DNA of 64,000 bases from a virus. Its lineage: Duplodnaviria > Caudoviricetes. The stretch covers positions 64,001 through 128,000 of the IMG/VR virus record IMGVR_UViG_2907233695_000001. One strand, written 5' to 3'. A program made the translations under genes and the position numbers. Below are positions 20,571 through 30,837 of the stretch, piece after piece. A model generated the notes under the pieces. It did no database searches and had not been told where the DNA came from. It was given only the letters and a program-made list of their open reading frames with translations. Numbering within the stretch: the stretch's first letter is position 1; every line of letters begins with the position of its first letter.

Positions 20571-21599
20571 TTATGCTGATTTAAAATACTCATTATACAC
20601 CGTCAAAACATTATCATACATTTTCTCAATGGTTATTCCTGACCCGATAAAAGATATTAAAACATCGTTGTTATAGGTGTATTTTATTCCGTAACTTATA
20701 GCGACTCTCTCTAGTCCCTTTTGTTGCATCTCCTCTATCATGGAATTAATTTGATTATACATGAATGATTGAAGTTGTTCTTTTTGTTTTTTACGTTGTT
20801 CAGATTCATTACGATGCTTAATTATAAAGTTTAAATGGTTAATACGTTGTTCAATGTCTAGAGATAATGGCAATGTATTTAGATGAGATAGAAATGCTAA
20901 AGCGTCATTTAATGACATGGAGTGTTTAGCGGTAATATATTGCCATTCTAATTCATGTAATCGGTCATTTGTTATAGGTGACTTTTCATGGTGTATCATG
21001 AATGTTTTAACCTGATTCATTATAGCGTATTGATAAGCTTCAGTATATGTTGGGTAAGTTTTATTGTATAGTGTACATTGACCGGATATAGTTGTTATAG
21101 GCTCACTTGAGACAATGAAAGAGGGATCGAAGTCACTGGAAATACAATATGCTTCGGCTTCGGCATAAGTAGGAAAAGAACGGTTATAAGCGGTGTAATA
21201 TGTATTCGTTTGTTCGTTTGTTGGTTCTGTAGTTTCTTCTTGGACTGGTTCAGCAACAGGTTTATAGTCGAATGTATAACCCCTAGCACATACACCGATT
21301 AAACCGTTATTCTTCAAGATAGAAAAGAACGTCCAATACTGAGGATTATTGTAGTTTGACTCAATAAAAGAGTGAATGGAATCGCGGTAAAGAATGTCAT
21401 CTTGAATAAGATTCGATCCATTAAAATGGTTATAGATAGCTGAATAAAAGGATAAAATTTGAGTGGTAATATCGGATTGTAGTTCATCGACAGTAATTTG
21501 CTTAGATTTAACTTGAGTTACTGCAAGTTTGAATGATTCATCTGAAGCGAAAACATTTTTATCTAATGCATAATTCAGTTTAATAGTCATAGGTAACAC
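20571..21599 (-). CDS. Hypothetical protein with an internal repeat
   Basis: YTAYNRSFPTYAEAEAY / CTLYNKTYPTYTEAYQY; first gene behind the promoter at 21628-21656. Confidence 0.7.
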   Translation of the reverse strand: MLPMTIKLNYALDKNVFASDESFKLAVTQVKSKQITVDELQSDITTQILSFYSAIYNHFNGSNLIQDDILYRDSIHSFIESNYNNPQYWTFFSILKNNGLIGVCARGYTFDYKPVAEPVQEETTEPTNEQTNTYYTAYNRSFPTYAEAEAYCISSDFDPSFIVSSEPITTISGQCTLYNKTYPTYTEAYQYAIMNQVKTFMIHHEKSPITNDRLHELEWQYITAKHSMSLNDALAFLSHLNTLPLSLDIEQRINHLNFIIKHRNESEQRKKQKEQLQSFMYNQINSMIEEMQQKGLERVAISYGIKYTYNNDVLISFIGSGITIEKMYDNVLTVYNEYFKSA

Positions 21600-21627
21600 T
21601 CCTTTAGGCGATTTATTCTATAAGTTA

Positions 21628-21656
21628 ATTATACCAAGTTTATATATGTAAATCAA
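21628..21656 (-). promoter_or_regulatory. Sigma-A promoter with the 14-bp operator (21639-21652)
   Basis: TTGATT-17-TATAAT with TG extension. Confidence 0.75.
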
Positions 21657-21746
21657 GATAATAATGGTTATTATTCGTATTTTATTTTATTATGAGTGAT
21701 GTAATGTTAATGCAAGTGGGACAATATGTGACCCATTTATGATAGT

Positions 21747-21817
21747 TAGTTTAATAGTTAAACTAATACGATAAGTTTATATGATTAACTATTATAGTTA
21801 GTTTATTCGTTAAACTA
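21747..21817. repeat. Three 19-bp palindromes at an exact 26-bp period
   Basis: TAGTTTAA-TAG-TTAAACTA (21747), AAGTTTAT-ATG-ATTAACTA (21773), TAGTTTAT-TCG-TTAAACTA (21799). Confidence 0.8.
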
Positions 21818-22455
21818 TGTGTTAGGTCATGCGGTTACTGTTACTATGCGATTACCTTAATGATTAAATTAATACACTGCTCCAGTATGCTCCCATATCC
21901 ATTTTACCTCTCATCCTGTCCCATATACGGCTTCATTACGCCTATCCGGTCAACTGCTTCATGGTTATATGGATCAACTGGAGCTAACCAGCAGCATAAA
22001 CCTAGATGCATTAGAACTATAATTATATAGCATCTATAAGGGTTATTTAGGCATGTATTCATAAGGGTATCGGGGCGTATTTTACATCGAAATCACTTAC
22101 TTATAGTAAGTATAGCACCAGAGCACATCAAAATCGACACTATTCCTATAATTTTACTCGATTATATTTACCATCAATTTCACCTCATCTCCACTATTAT
22201 TTCAATCGATTTTCTATCGTAAAATGTCATATAAAATAAAGATTTTGAGTCTGCATAATTTTCGTTAATTTATCATTTATTGCATATTAATCAGCAAAAA
22301 CTCTTGTTGCATAAGGATTTGAGCGATATTTGCCATATAATTCGCTAGGTAATTTCGCCATATCCCTGATAAACGCTGGATAAAATAAAAAAAATGTATC
22401 AAGAATACGATAGCACCGCATCGATACATTTCTACAAAATTTAATTTATTATATT

Positions 22456-23448
22456 TTATTCTACGGACAAAACTTTCTGTCGCTCTTCTTCCTCAATGTT
22501 ATTAGCCTCTGTATACAATTTATTTAAAATAGGTATGTAGTAATCTTGTCTCTCTCTAGATAATCTCTTTATGTATTTATAAACACTCATTACTTTTGTT
22601 TTTTCGGTTAAATATTTTACTATATTCTTATTTCCACGTAAATATATGATAGTGAGTTGATGACAATACAGCTCATATTTATCAATTGTCTCATTTATGC
22701 TATTTGTCCAAACAGATAGCTTTGCGTCTATCCAATCACCATATTCAACAACAAAATCAGGTCTAGCATGATGATCGTATCCTTTTGGGACTTCCCTCTG
22801 ATAAACATCTCTAAGAATATCGCCTAATAGTTTTTCAAATTTAATGCCACAGTACCTAAGCAATTCCGCATCTTCTCTTATTTCCTCGTAATCTAAACCA
22901 GCTTCAGAAATTGCATTTTGCCATGAGCCGAGGTTATTAATAGCAGCATCATGTAATGATCGATATTCCTTTTGTACAGAAGCACTTGATAAAGATAGCC
23001 CTTCTTGCTGTCTTTTTTTAATTTCTTTAATTATCATTCTCTTTGTCCATTTTTTATTCTTAACTTTCTTCTTTTTTAACGATTTTAATAATCTCTCGGT
23101 AATATGCAAAGTATGTATGCCTAAATATTCATGCAATTTATTCTGATCCAATATATTTGCTGCTGTCAGTCTTGCAATATTTGTTTTTACTAAAATTTCA
23201 ATAAGTCCATGCTCAGATATGTATGTTGTGCTTTTCTTTGGTTGTTTAGGAGTGTATCGTATATCAAAAAATTTGAAATGATGCTTATATATAGTTGTCA
23301 TTTCTTTATCGGAACACAATGAACGCCCCAAAATAAATTTATTTAACCTCCCTAAAGGCCACCATCGAATCCCTATCTCATCAAATACAAATGGTATCTC
23401 TGTGCCCTGCACTTCTATATTAATTTGTTTATAAACACCACTAGTCAT
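22456..23448 (-). CDS. Putative endonuclease: homing-endonuclease-associated repeat + PD-(D/E)XK
   Basis: LHDAAINNLGSWQNAISEAGL repeat; RPDFVV...IDAKLS. Confidence 0.6.
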   Translation of the reverse strand: MTSGVYKQINIEVQGTEIPFVFDEIGIRWWPLGRLNKFILGRSLCSDKEMTTIYKHHFKFFDIRYTPKQPKKSTTYISEHGLIEILVKTNIARLTAANILDQNKLHEYLGIHTLHITERLLKSLKKKKVKNKKWTKRMIIKEIKKRQQEGLSLSSASVQKEYRSLHDAAINNLGSWQNAISEAGLDYEEIREDAELLRYCGIKFEKLLGDILRDVYQREVPKGYDHHARPDFVVEYGDWIDAKLSVWTNSINETIDKYELYCHQLTIIYLRGNKNIVKYLTEKTKVMSVYKYIKRLSRERQDYYIPILNKLYTEANNIEEEERQKVLSVE

Positions 23449-23483
23449 TCAATCTCTCCTTTATATTCAACTTCCACCACTTC

Positions 23484-25412
23484 CTACACCTTATAAATTA
23501 CAAACGGATACCCATTCACCATACCCTCTATTCCTAACAACTTAACCAACTTCTTACTCAATCTCTCCCTCTTTAATCCATATCCATCAACCAGTTCATT
23601 CAAACTCTTTTTTATATTTTTCATACTTCTCGTCTTACCTTTGATTTCTCCATTGGTCTTCTCCAAATTTTCCTTCACCAATTCATCCAAAATCTCACTC
23701 TCACTCACCCATCCATTCTGTTCAATTTTATCCACAAACTTTTTCTTTATGTATTCAGATATCTCATTACTCTGTTTTGATAATTCTACATTACTAAGCA
23801 TAGGATAAACTTTATCGGCCTCATCCTTATTCATACCTCTTATCACCATCTCCCTTCCAAATCCAGTCATCGCCATATTGTTCTCTTTAAACTCAATCGC
23901 TTTCAGGTTAGCACTGGTCATCAACTGATCTCCATATTCAGGCATGGAATAAAAATTTTGAAAATTAACCTCTCTATTTCCATTCCCTTTCATTTTCTTC
24001 TCACGTTCAAATGTAGCAATCTGATACAACTCTTTGGGCAACTCGTTAATATGTATCTTCTCTAACACTCCAAGGAAAGCAAATAAATCAATCCTTTTAC
24101 TAATTTCCTTAATGTCACTATTGATTTTCACATATTCCAAATCATTGCTATATGCATTTGAAATCATATCGGATAAATCCCTAGCCATTTCTGATAAGTA
24201 ACTTTTACTTGCTGAGAACATATTCACCTCGATTTCCCTCAGTGTATTTGTGCCTATGTATTGTTTTGCTAATAAATTCATCATAATGAGCAAAGGTATA
24301 TATCGTTTGATTCTTTTATATAACTCAGGATGCTCATCCTTCAATCCGCTGCTAGTCAATATATGTATGTTATGATCCATGATTTCCTTCTGTTGTTTCT
24401 GCCATTCGGTTTCAATCAAATGGATATTAAACTGCTTGCAAAGCAACTTGTATGCTTCGACTCGCTTTAATCCAGTTAGCCTTTCCACAACACGAACAAT
24501 GTTCCCTGTGAATCCGCATTCTTTACTATGGCACTTGTACATGTAATTGTCTGTTTTTACATCTCTAAATATAGAGGCAGATGGACTTTTATCCTCATGG
24601 AAGAGACAGCGAAATTTATAACTATCGTCATCTAAGTGGTTATATCTAACTAAATAGTCGGTCAAATCCTGTTTATACAAAAAGTCGTATGCGTCATTGA
24701 TGTGTGTAAATTCATGAGTTATATTTGCTATCTGTACATAGTCATCGAGTACATTGGATAATTCCTTATGATTACTGACTTTTTCATGAGATGGGGGGTT
24801 TTTTCTACCAATTATATTATTAGGTATTAATGTATCCTTGGTAGAAAAAACCCCTGCACGACAAAAGTCACTTGTATATATTTTACTCTTATCAATATAG
24901 TCACTAACAATGAGTTTATTATTATAATCCAATTCAATAATCTCATTACCACCAAAGAACATTCGAGAACCATCAGAACAACTCTTATCAGCCATAGGAT
25001 ACTTGGCAAGCAATGTTCCAATCAAATCACTAAACACACTATAATCATCAATAGTCTCATCCAACACAAAGACAACTCTAAACTTATGATGATCATCAGT
25101 ATGATTAAATGTAGTGTAAATGAATGCAGCAGTATCACTAAACTCCATTACGGCTTCATCCAATCTCATGCCATCATCAAAGTCTAAGCAAACAATCTCT
25201 TGAGACGACCAAGAGTTAATTGATCGTCTCACCTTTCCATTAATTTTCTTATCAATCAGAGCTGGTACAAATGTTTTACCTTTGACTATTTCCTGAGCCA
25301 ACTCTTGAGTACTAATATCAACAATATTATTAATAATCCTATTATTTACTTTCTTTACTTCAATCTTATCCGGTTTACTTTTATATTCAACAGTATCAAG
25401 CAATAACTTCAT
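23484..25412 (-). CDS. Replication initiator/primase: AEP-like (Prim-Pol) domain + CHC2 zinc finger
   Basis: CLDFDDG, YTTFNH....KFRVVF, D.SC.D.SR; CLFHEDKSPS...YKCHSKEC. Confidence 0.75.
   Translation of the reverse strand: MKLLLDTVEYKSKPDKIEVKKVNNRIINNIVDISTQELAQEIVKGKTFVPALIDKKINGKVRRSINSWSSQEIVCLDFDDGMRLDEAVMEFSDTAAFIYTTFNHTDDHHKFRVVFVLDETIDDYSVFSDLIGTLLAKYPMADKSCSDGSRMFFGGNEIIELDYNNKLIVSDYIDKSKIYTSDFCRAGVFSTKDTLIPNNIIGRKNPPSHEKVSNHKELSNVLDDYVQIANITHEFTHINDAYDFLYKQDLTDYLVRYNHLDDDSYKFRCLFHEDKSPSASIFRDVKTDNYMYKCHSKECGFTGNIVRVVERLTGLKRVEAYKLLCKQFNIHLIETEWQKQQKEIMDHNIHILTSSGLKDEHPELYKRIKRYIPLLIMMNLLAKQYIGTNTLREIEVNMFSASKSYLSEMARDLSDMISNAYSNDLEYVKINSDIKEISKRIDLFAFLGVLEKIHINELPKELYQIATFEREKKMKGNGNREVNFQNFYSMPEYGDQLMTSANLKAIEFKENNMAMTGFGREMVIRGMNKDEADKVYPMLSNVELSKQSNEISEYIKKKFVDKIEQNGWVSESEILDELVKENLEKTNGEIKGKTRSMKNIKKSLNELVDGYGLKRERLSKKLVKLLGIEGMVNGYPFVIYKV
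24795..24854. repeat. Perfect 17-bp inverted repeat inside the primase gene
   Basis: GGGGTTTTTTCTACCAA-N26(AT-rich)-TTGGTAGAAAAAACCCC. Confidence 0.9.
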
Positions 25413-27786
25413 TCAATCTCTCCTTTGTTGTTCTTAATAAATTTTCTAAAAATGTTCTTCTTCGCATATTTTCAAACTTTTTACATGCAAAATTCAATGT
25501 CTCTGCCTGACACAGTATGATTACTCGTTGTTTGAACCTTGTGATAGCCGTGTAGATGAGGTTAGCGTTCAATTGGAACTTATGCGACTTGTCGAGGATA
25601 CATAACACTCCTTGACCACTACCTCCTTGAGATTTATGCATTGTCAATGCCCATCCATGCATCAGTTGCTCCATTTTCTCAAATGGAATAGATACAATTC
25701 CAACATCAAATTGAACATATATCCCAATCTTATGAGATAAGTCTTCTTCGTCATCAACATTGTCATCAACATTGTCATCAGTCTCATTTGTAGCGGTCGC
25801 TTCTAAGTCGCTTTCCTTTACAATATCAACGATAACTCCAGTATCACCGTTAACAATATCAACCCAAGAACCATTTAAATCTCGAATTTCATATGTATTT
25901 TTTGTATTCATAACATAATCGCCAATTCTAAATGTGCAGTCATCATGATACTTTAATTCTTTCTTCATCTCATCTGGAGGATTAACAATAGACTGAATAT
26001 GCTTATTAATCATCACTGTTCCAAGATTGCCTTTTTTAGTTGGGGTAAGCACCATGATATCTTCAGGCTTATAATATTGTAGCAGCAACTTATAGTAGTA
26101 TTTGTAACCATCTTCCATATGTTCTTGTGATACTGATCTTAACAATGCATCTGAACCAAATTTCTTTTCTCCGACAAAATTACTCTCGATAAATTTATGT
26201 CCCTGTCTTACATCTGTGGCAATAGAAAGTCCTCCACCTTCTGCTTGACGAAACACCTTATCTAACTTTGTAACAGGAAGCACTCCGCTATCCAAACAGT
26301 TCCTTAGAAAATTTCCGCACCCTACGGAAGCTATTTGAGCGTCATCGCCAATAAATACAACTCGTGCAAATGGGTTTACAATTTTTTTTAATAATACACA
26401 TGCTAATCTAACGTCCATCATTGAGACTTCATCAATAATAATAATGTCCTCTCGCAATTCATAATTAGCCTTATCCTCTTTATTCTTTTCCTGTCGTCCA
26501 TATCCAATTGCGCGATGTATGGTTGAAGCTTCAGTATCTCCAACATAAGTAGATAAAACTTTGGCAGCTCTCCCTGTTGGAGCTAATAGTCTGTACTTAA
26601 TAGCAGAACTGCCCCCATCTTCGACATCAGTCTCGTCGCTATATTCATCATATTTTACTTCTATTGTATCTAATACATTTGTTTCAGCATTCATTTTCTT
26701 TGCAAGATTAATGAGTATCTTCTGTAATGCAGATTTACCCATACCTGCTGATCCAATCAAAAAATTAACATTATACTTTGCAAAATTGTGAAAGAACTCT
26801 TTTTGCTTATCTGTCAGAGTCATACCCATTTCACGTTCCTGAGTAATCAGAAACTCACCAATATCAATATTAAGCGTGGTTGATTTATTCAATCTGTTCA
26901 ATAACAACTTCGCAACATCAGATTCAGCATCGTATGTTTTGCGCAGTGCTATCTTGTCGTCTTCTATGTATAACCCTTCAGTTTTATCAATTTCAGGCTC
27001 AATTAAACCTCTATCCAAGACGAGACATTCAGCAGCCTTCTCTAACAAATCATCATATTCTAAGTATGTATGACCAGATTGCTCCTCTTCGCTTATAATA
27101 TGTTTGATTCCTGCTTGGATACGAAACTTAGAGTTGTCGGGGATACCCATGTTCTTAGCGATGATATCTGCTTTTTTAAAGCCGATCCCATGTAAGTGTT
27201 CAGCTAAACAGTAGGGATTTTTCTTTACTTTTTCAATCGCATTATCAGCCGTCCCAAATACGTCGATCAATTTGCTGAAGTGTTCATACTTGACTCCGTA
27301 TTTACCCAACTCAGCGAATAGGGATTGCTGTTCAACGTTTTCAAGCAATTTTTTTCTGATTTTATTATATGTTTTACTGCCAATTCCTTTAATTTTAAAT
27401 AATTCGAACGTATTATGTATGAACATTTCCAGTATGTCTTGGTTTGGATATGCATTATAGAATGCTGACAACTGCAATTCAGTCATCATTGTCGAAAGAA
27501 AATCGCGTTTTTCTTGATTAGTCTTAGGTACGTCTCTATAAATGGTATGAACATTGTATCCGAAACCGTATTTTTTATCTTCTACACCTTCTAGTTTAGC
27601 CTTGTACACTATGTCTAAGATGAGTTCTTGCATCTTTCCTTTAATGCAAAAATTGCCGTATGAGTTTAGCTGAAATAAGTGTTCGTCATTAGGGTTTTGA
27701 GGGATCGCAGAATAGATACCAAATGAATTGTTGTAAAATAACTTTTTAGTTGGCACAATTTCAACTTCAATAATGTTTTTTGACAT
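25396..27786 (-). CDS. recD2: RecD2-family SF1B helicase
   Basis: GSAGMGKS, LAPTGRAA, STIHR, IIDEVSM, IGDDAQ, TMHKSQG, YTAITR; HhH N-terminus. Confidence 0.92.
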   Translation of the reverse strand: MSKNIIEVEIVPTKKLFYNNSFGIYSAIPQNPNDEHLFQLNSYGNFCIKGKMQELILDIVYKAKLEGVEDKKYGFGYNVHTIYRDVPKTNQEKRDFLSTMMTELQLSAFYNAYPNQDILEMFIHNTFELFKIKGIGSKTYNKIRKKLLENVEQQSLFAELGKYGVKYEHFSKLIDVFGTADNAIEKVKKNPYCLAEHLHGIGFKKADIIAKNMGIPDNSKFRIQAGIKHIISEEEQSGHTYLEYDDLLEKAAECLVLDRGLIEPEIDKTEGLYIEDDKIALRKTYDAESDVAKLLLNRLNKSTTLNIDIGEFLITQEREMGMTLTDKQKEFFHNFAKYNVNFLIGSAGMGKSALQKILINLAKKMNAETNVLDTIEVKYDEYSDETDVEDGGSSAIKYRLLAPTGRAAKVLSTYVGDTEASTIHRAIGYGRQEKNKEDKANYELREDIIIIDEVSMMDVRLACVLLKKIVNPFARVVFIGDDAQIASVGCGNFLRNCLDSGVLPVTKLDKVFRQAEGGGLSIATDVRQGHKFIESNFVGEKKFGSDALLRSVSQEHMEDGYKYYYKLLLQYYKPEDIMVLTPTKKGNLGTVMINKHIQSIVNPPDEMKKELKYHDDCTFRIGDYVMNTKNTYEIRDLNGSWVDIVNGDTGVIVDIVKESDLEATATNETDDNVDDNVDDEEDLSHKIGIYVQFDVGIVSIPFEKMEQLMHGWALTMHKSQGGSGQGVLCILDKSHKFQLNANLIYTAITRFKQRVIILCQAETLNFACKKFENMRRRTFLENLLRTTKERLNEVIA

Positions 27787-27802
27787 ATTTCATCTCCATT
27801 TT

Positions 27803-27958
27803 TTATTTTAATATCAATTTTAGTTTTCTAACCTTCTCTGGTGACATGCTAGTCTTTCCTCTTAAATACATACTCAACATTGCTCCTGTAACTCCTAATT
27901 GCTCTGCAATCCACTTCTGTTTAAGTCCTTTGTTTTTGATGGCACTCTGTAGTTCCAT
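27803..27958 (-). CDS. Cro-like XRE HTH (51 aa)
   Basis: Read manually: MELQSAIKNKGLKQKWIAEQLGVTGAMLSMYLRGKTSMSPEKV. Confidence 0.8.
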   Translation of the reverse strand: MELQSAIKNKGLKQKWIAEQLGVTGAMLSMYLRGKTSMSPEKVRKLKLILK

Positions 27959-28003
27959 TGTAAACATCTCCCGTTAATTATATTTAAGTAAATAAAAAAT
28001 AAA

Positions 28004-28029
28004 AAGTGTACTATATATTTAGTACACTT
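28004..28029. promoter_or_regulatory. 10-bp inverted repeat (operator or minus-strand terminator)
   Basis: AAGTGTACTA-N6-TAGTACACTT with a T-tract on the minus strand. Confidence 0.6.
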
Positions 28030-28094
28030 GTAATATACATTATTCACCATTCGAAATACAATACTTTTTACACATCTTTTTCATCTTTTATTAT

Positions 28095-29147
28095 TTATCT
28101 ATTTCCTATAATCTTCATCGCTTCTCTAAGCAATTGCGTTCTCATTCCATTTCTTGTTCCGTTGAGTAGCATTTTCATCTCATCAAATGTAAGTTCGTCA
28201 AAAGCGTCATTGTCAATTTCTTCATCCAACAAAATTCCAGCCATCTTAGATACATCACGCTTTTTGTTCACGTAAGATTTCCATAAAGTATTAATATCAC
28301 TATGTCCAGTCTGCATTTGAGCAGCTTTAAAGTCCCCTTGAGTATCAATGATGAAGTTGGGGGCAAAATTTCTGAAACTGTGGAAAACGATATTCCGTTT
28401 CGGATGTATGCCCAACTCTTCCTTTAGAGTGTTCATCATTTCCCAAATTGTTCTTTTGCTTAGATGGAAAATTTTATTGTCACTGTACCGCTGGTAGTAT
28501 GTAAGCGACTTGATTTGTTTCAGGTCATTGTACAAGTCAAGAGTAATCGGTTGAGACATTTCTTTATCAGTTTTTTCTTCAACTGTATTAACGAAACAAC
28601 AATTTTGTTCATGATCCACTTGCAAATCATCCCAAGAGAGATTTAACAGCGTATCTTCCCTGTAACTGGTGCGAGTAGCCATTCTAATAAGAAGACTCTT
28701 CTCCAATCCTTTAACCTGTTTTTGCACTGCAACAATCATAGCATCTACTTCTTCAGGGGATAAGTCGCCATAACTTTTGCTTTTATTATTTAGTTTATCA
28801 ATTTGAAATACTTCGGTATCGATTCCGTATTTCGTATCATATTTATTCCTTTTGAAGAATGCATATAAGCTTTGGAGGGAAGCAATTTTGCGATTCACAC
28901 TACTGGAAGAATATTTTTTATCATTAATTAAAAAGTTTCTATAATGAACAACTGTTTTATGTTCTATTTGAAGATCATCAAATGATAGCGAAAGCAAGTT
29001 TTTCCCTAGAAATGAGAAAAATAATTCAATATCATGTTTATAACCTATTTTTGTTCCCTCTGAAAGTCGCACGTCTTCGAGAAATAAGCATATATCAGAA
29101 TATACTGAACTATTAACAAATCCAACAATATTTTTAAGACTTTGCAT
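28095..29147 (-). CDS. Tyrosine recombinase
   Basis: SAM-like N-domain; R(SYRE), HSFR, GHS, Y(KSY) catalytic residues intact. Confidence 0.88.
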   Translation of the reverse strand: MQSLKNIVGFVNSSVYSDICLFLEDVRLSEGTKIGYKHDIELFFSFLGKNLLSLSFDDLQIEHKTVVHYRNFLINDKKYSSSSVNRKIASLQSLYAFFKRNKYDTKYGIDTEVFQIDKLNNKSKSYGDLSPEEVDAMIVAVQKQVKGLEKSLLIRMATRTSYREDTLLNLSWDDLQVDHEQNCCFVNTVEEKTDKEMSQPITLDLYNDLKQIKSLTYYQRYSDNKIFHLSKRTIWEMMNTLKEELGIHPKRNIVFHSFRNFAPNFIIDTQGDFKAAQMQTGHSDINTLWKSYVNKKRDVSKMAGILLDEEIDNDAFDELTFDEMKMLLNGTRNGMRTQLLREAMKIIGNR

Positions 29148-29167
29148 TGGTATCCCACCTCATTATT

Positions 29168-30667
29168 TTATGATTTCAACTTTTCATAATCATTTTTAAA
29201 CATCCATTTATATCCATGTGCTGATTTTCCCTTTCCATTGCAAACATTTGATATGCGACTACTTTGTTGTAAATTTAGTTCTCTCGCTGCTTTCGATTGA
29301 CTTTCAAATTCATCAATATACTCTCCGTTTAGGGTTAATCTTACAATACTTTTAGTGATGTGTATTTTTTCTGGCGTTTTTATTTTATCTTTTTCATTTT
29401 CATAATCATCTTTGTACATCCATATATACCCACCTGAATGCTTATATTTCCCTATGCACACATCTCGAATACTTTGATGATGAATATTAGTTTGTCTTGC
29501 AGCCTCAACACTGCTACTATACTTATTTATATATGTTCCATCTAAATTTAATTGAACTACGGGTTTAGGTTGGTTTTTTAATTTTTGAGGATCATATGCA
29601 CACCACCTAAGTTCATGACCGTATTTTAAATATCTTATCACTGTACTTTTGTTTAACAATAATTCTTTCTCGATTTGTTTAGCTGTTTTACCATTATTCC
29701 ATAATTCACATGTTGTTTTAATAATGGATTTCATTGAAAATTCATTGCAAACGTTCCAATCAACATCTGTTAAATCAAATAATATTGCTAACTCAGAATT
29801 TATTAAACTATTTTTAATAAAATTAAAATCAGAATATCGACAGTCAATAACAATATATTTGTTAATTTCATTTTCCTCTGCAAGTCGTTTTTTCATTTTA
29901 TCATTTTCAATTTCTTGTTCTAATGTTCTTCCTCCTACATTTGCAAATCCCTTCTCATAATGCTGTAGCCCATGCGTCTCTAATAGAACATCGACTTGAT
30001 TTACTTTAAAGTAAAAATCATATCTTTTTCCACTAGACCACTTAAATATTTTTTCTTTTTCAAATTGCACATTCAGTTGTCTTAATAAGGAAGTAATAAA
30101 TTTTTCAGGGTAGCTAATACTGTCTGAGCAAAATGGACAACCAACATTGTATAAAGTTCTTATTTGTACTTTCAGTTCAAACGGCAGTCCACAATTTGAA
30201 CAAAGAAACCATGCTTTTTGCTGAGATTGGGCATATGTAGATTTCGGTTTCTGTGCCCCATTCATTGTCGAATGCCATTCTTTTGCAATATTAGGAAACA
30301 AATAGTCCAATGATTTATTATATGGAGCATTTGTTCGATTCGACTCTCCACTTTTTAATTTTCCACAATCAACACATCTGTCTAATCCATCGATTTTTCT
30401 GTGTCTGATTATATTCTGATATTTTTGATTTAATATTCTTTTATTGCAGCAGTCACATATCTTAATAACCCTCTCATTACTACTTTTTAACAAATGTTCG
30501 ATTCTGACCAAGATTTTTGTTCCCTTGGGAACAATTAATTTGCCTTCATAATTTGGTTTTCTCGGAATAACATAACCTAATTCTTCGTAATATCTAATCA
30601 TCTTACTTGCTAAAGATGTCTCTACCCAATACGACCCATCCTTATAAATATCGGTAATAATCGCCAA
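29168..30667 (-). CDS. Zn-ribbon / PD-(D/E)XK / NUMOD1 homing-endonuclease-like protein
   Basis: CxxC pairs, RYDFY...ETHGLQHY, two NUMOD1-like repeats (VVQLNLDG...SSVEAAR...GGYIW). Confidence 0.75.
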   Translation of the reverse strand: MAIITDIYKDGSYWVETSLASKMIRYYEELGYVIPRKPNYEGKLIVPKGTKILVRIEHLLKSSNERVIKICDCCNKRILNQKYQNIIRHRKIDGLDRCVDCGKLKSGESNRTNAPYNKSLDYLFPNIAKEWHSTMNGAQKPKSTYAQSQQKAWFLCSNCGLPFELKVQIRTLYNVGCPFCSDSISYPEKFITSLLRQLNVQFEKEKIFKWSSGKRYDFYFKVNQVDVLLETHGLQHYEKGFANVGGRTLEQEIENDKMKKRLAEENEINKYIVIDCRYSDFNFIKNSLINSELAILFDLTDVDWNVCNEFSMKSIIKTTCELWNNGKTAKQIEKELLLNKSTVIRYLKYGHELRWCAYDPQKLKNQPKPVVQLNLDGTYINKYSSSVEAARQTNIHHQSIRDVCIGKYKHSGGYIWMYKDDYENEKDKIKTPEKIHITKSIVRLTLNGEYIDEFESQSKAARELNLQQSSRISNVCNGKGKSAHGYKWMFKNDYEKLKS

Positions 30668-30669
30668 CT

Positions 30670-30837
30670 TTATTCCTCCTTAACGTTTAATAATTTATTT
30701 AGCATACTTATTTTTTCTGGAGACAAATTCTTTTTTCCAGATAAAAATAATGACATCATTGTTTTGCTTATGCCAAGCTTATCTGCGAGAAATTGCTGCT
30801 TAATACCTCTCTCATTAATTAGTTGTTTATAATCCAC
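30670..30837 (-). CDS. Cro-like XRE HTH (55 aa), paralogue of 27803-27958
   Basis: Read manually: MDYKQLINERGIKQQFLADKLGISKTMMSLFLSGKKNLSPEKI. Confidence 0.8.
   Translation of the reverse strand: MDYKQLINERGIKQQFLADKLGISKTMMSLFLSGKKNLSPEKISMLNKLLNVKEE

Noticed and set aside
28095-29147. Prophage integrase marking an att boundary
   Set aside because: Phage genes continue on both sides; no tRNA or host junction seen
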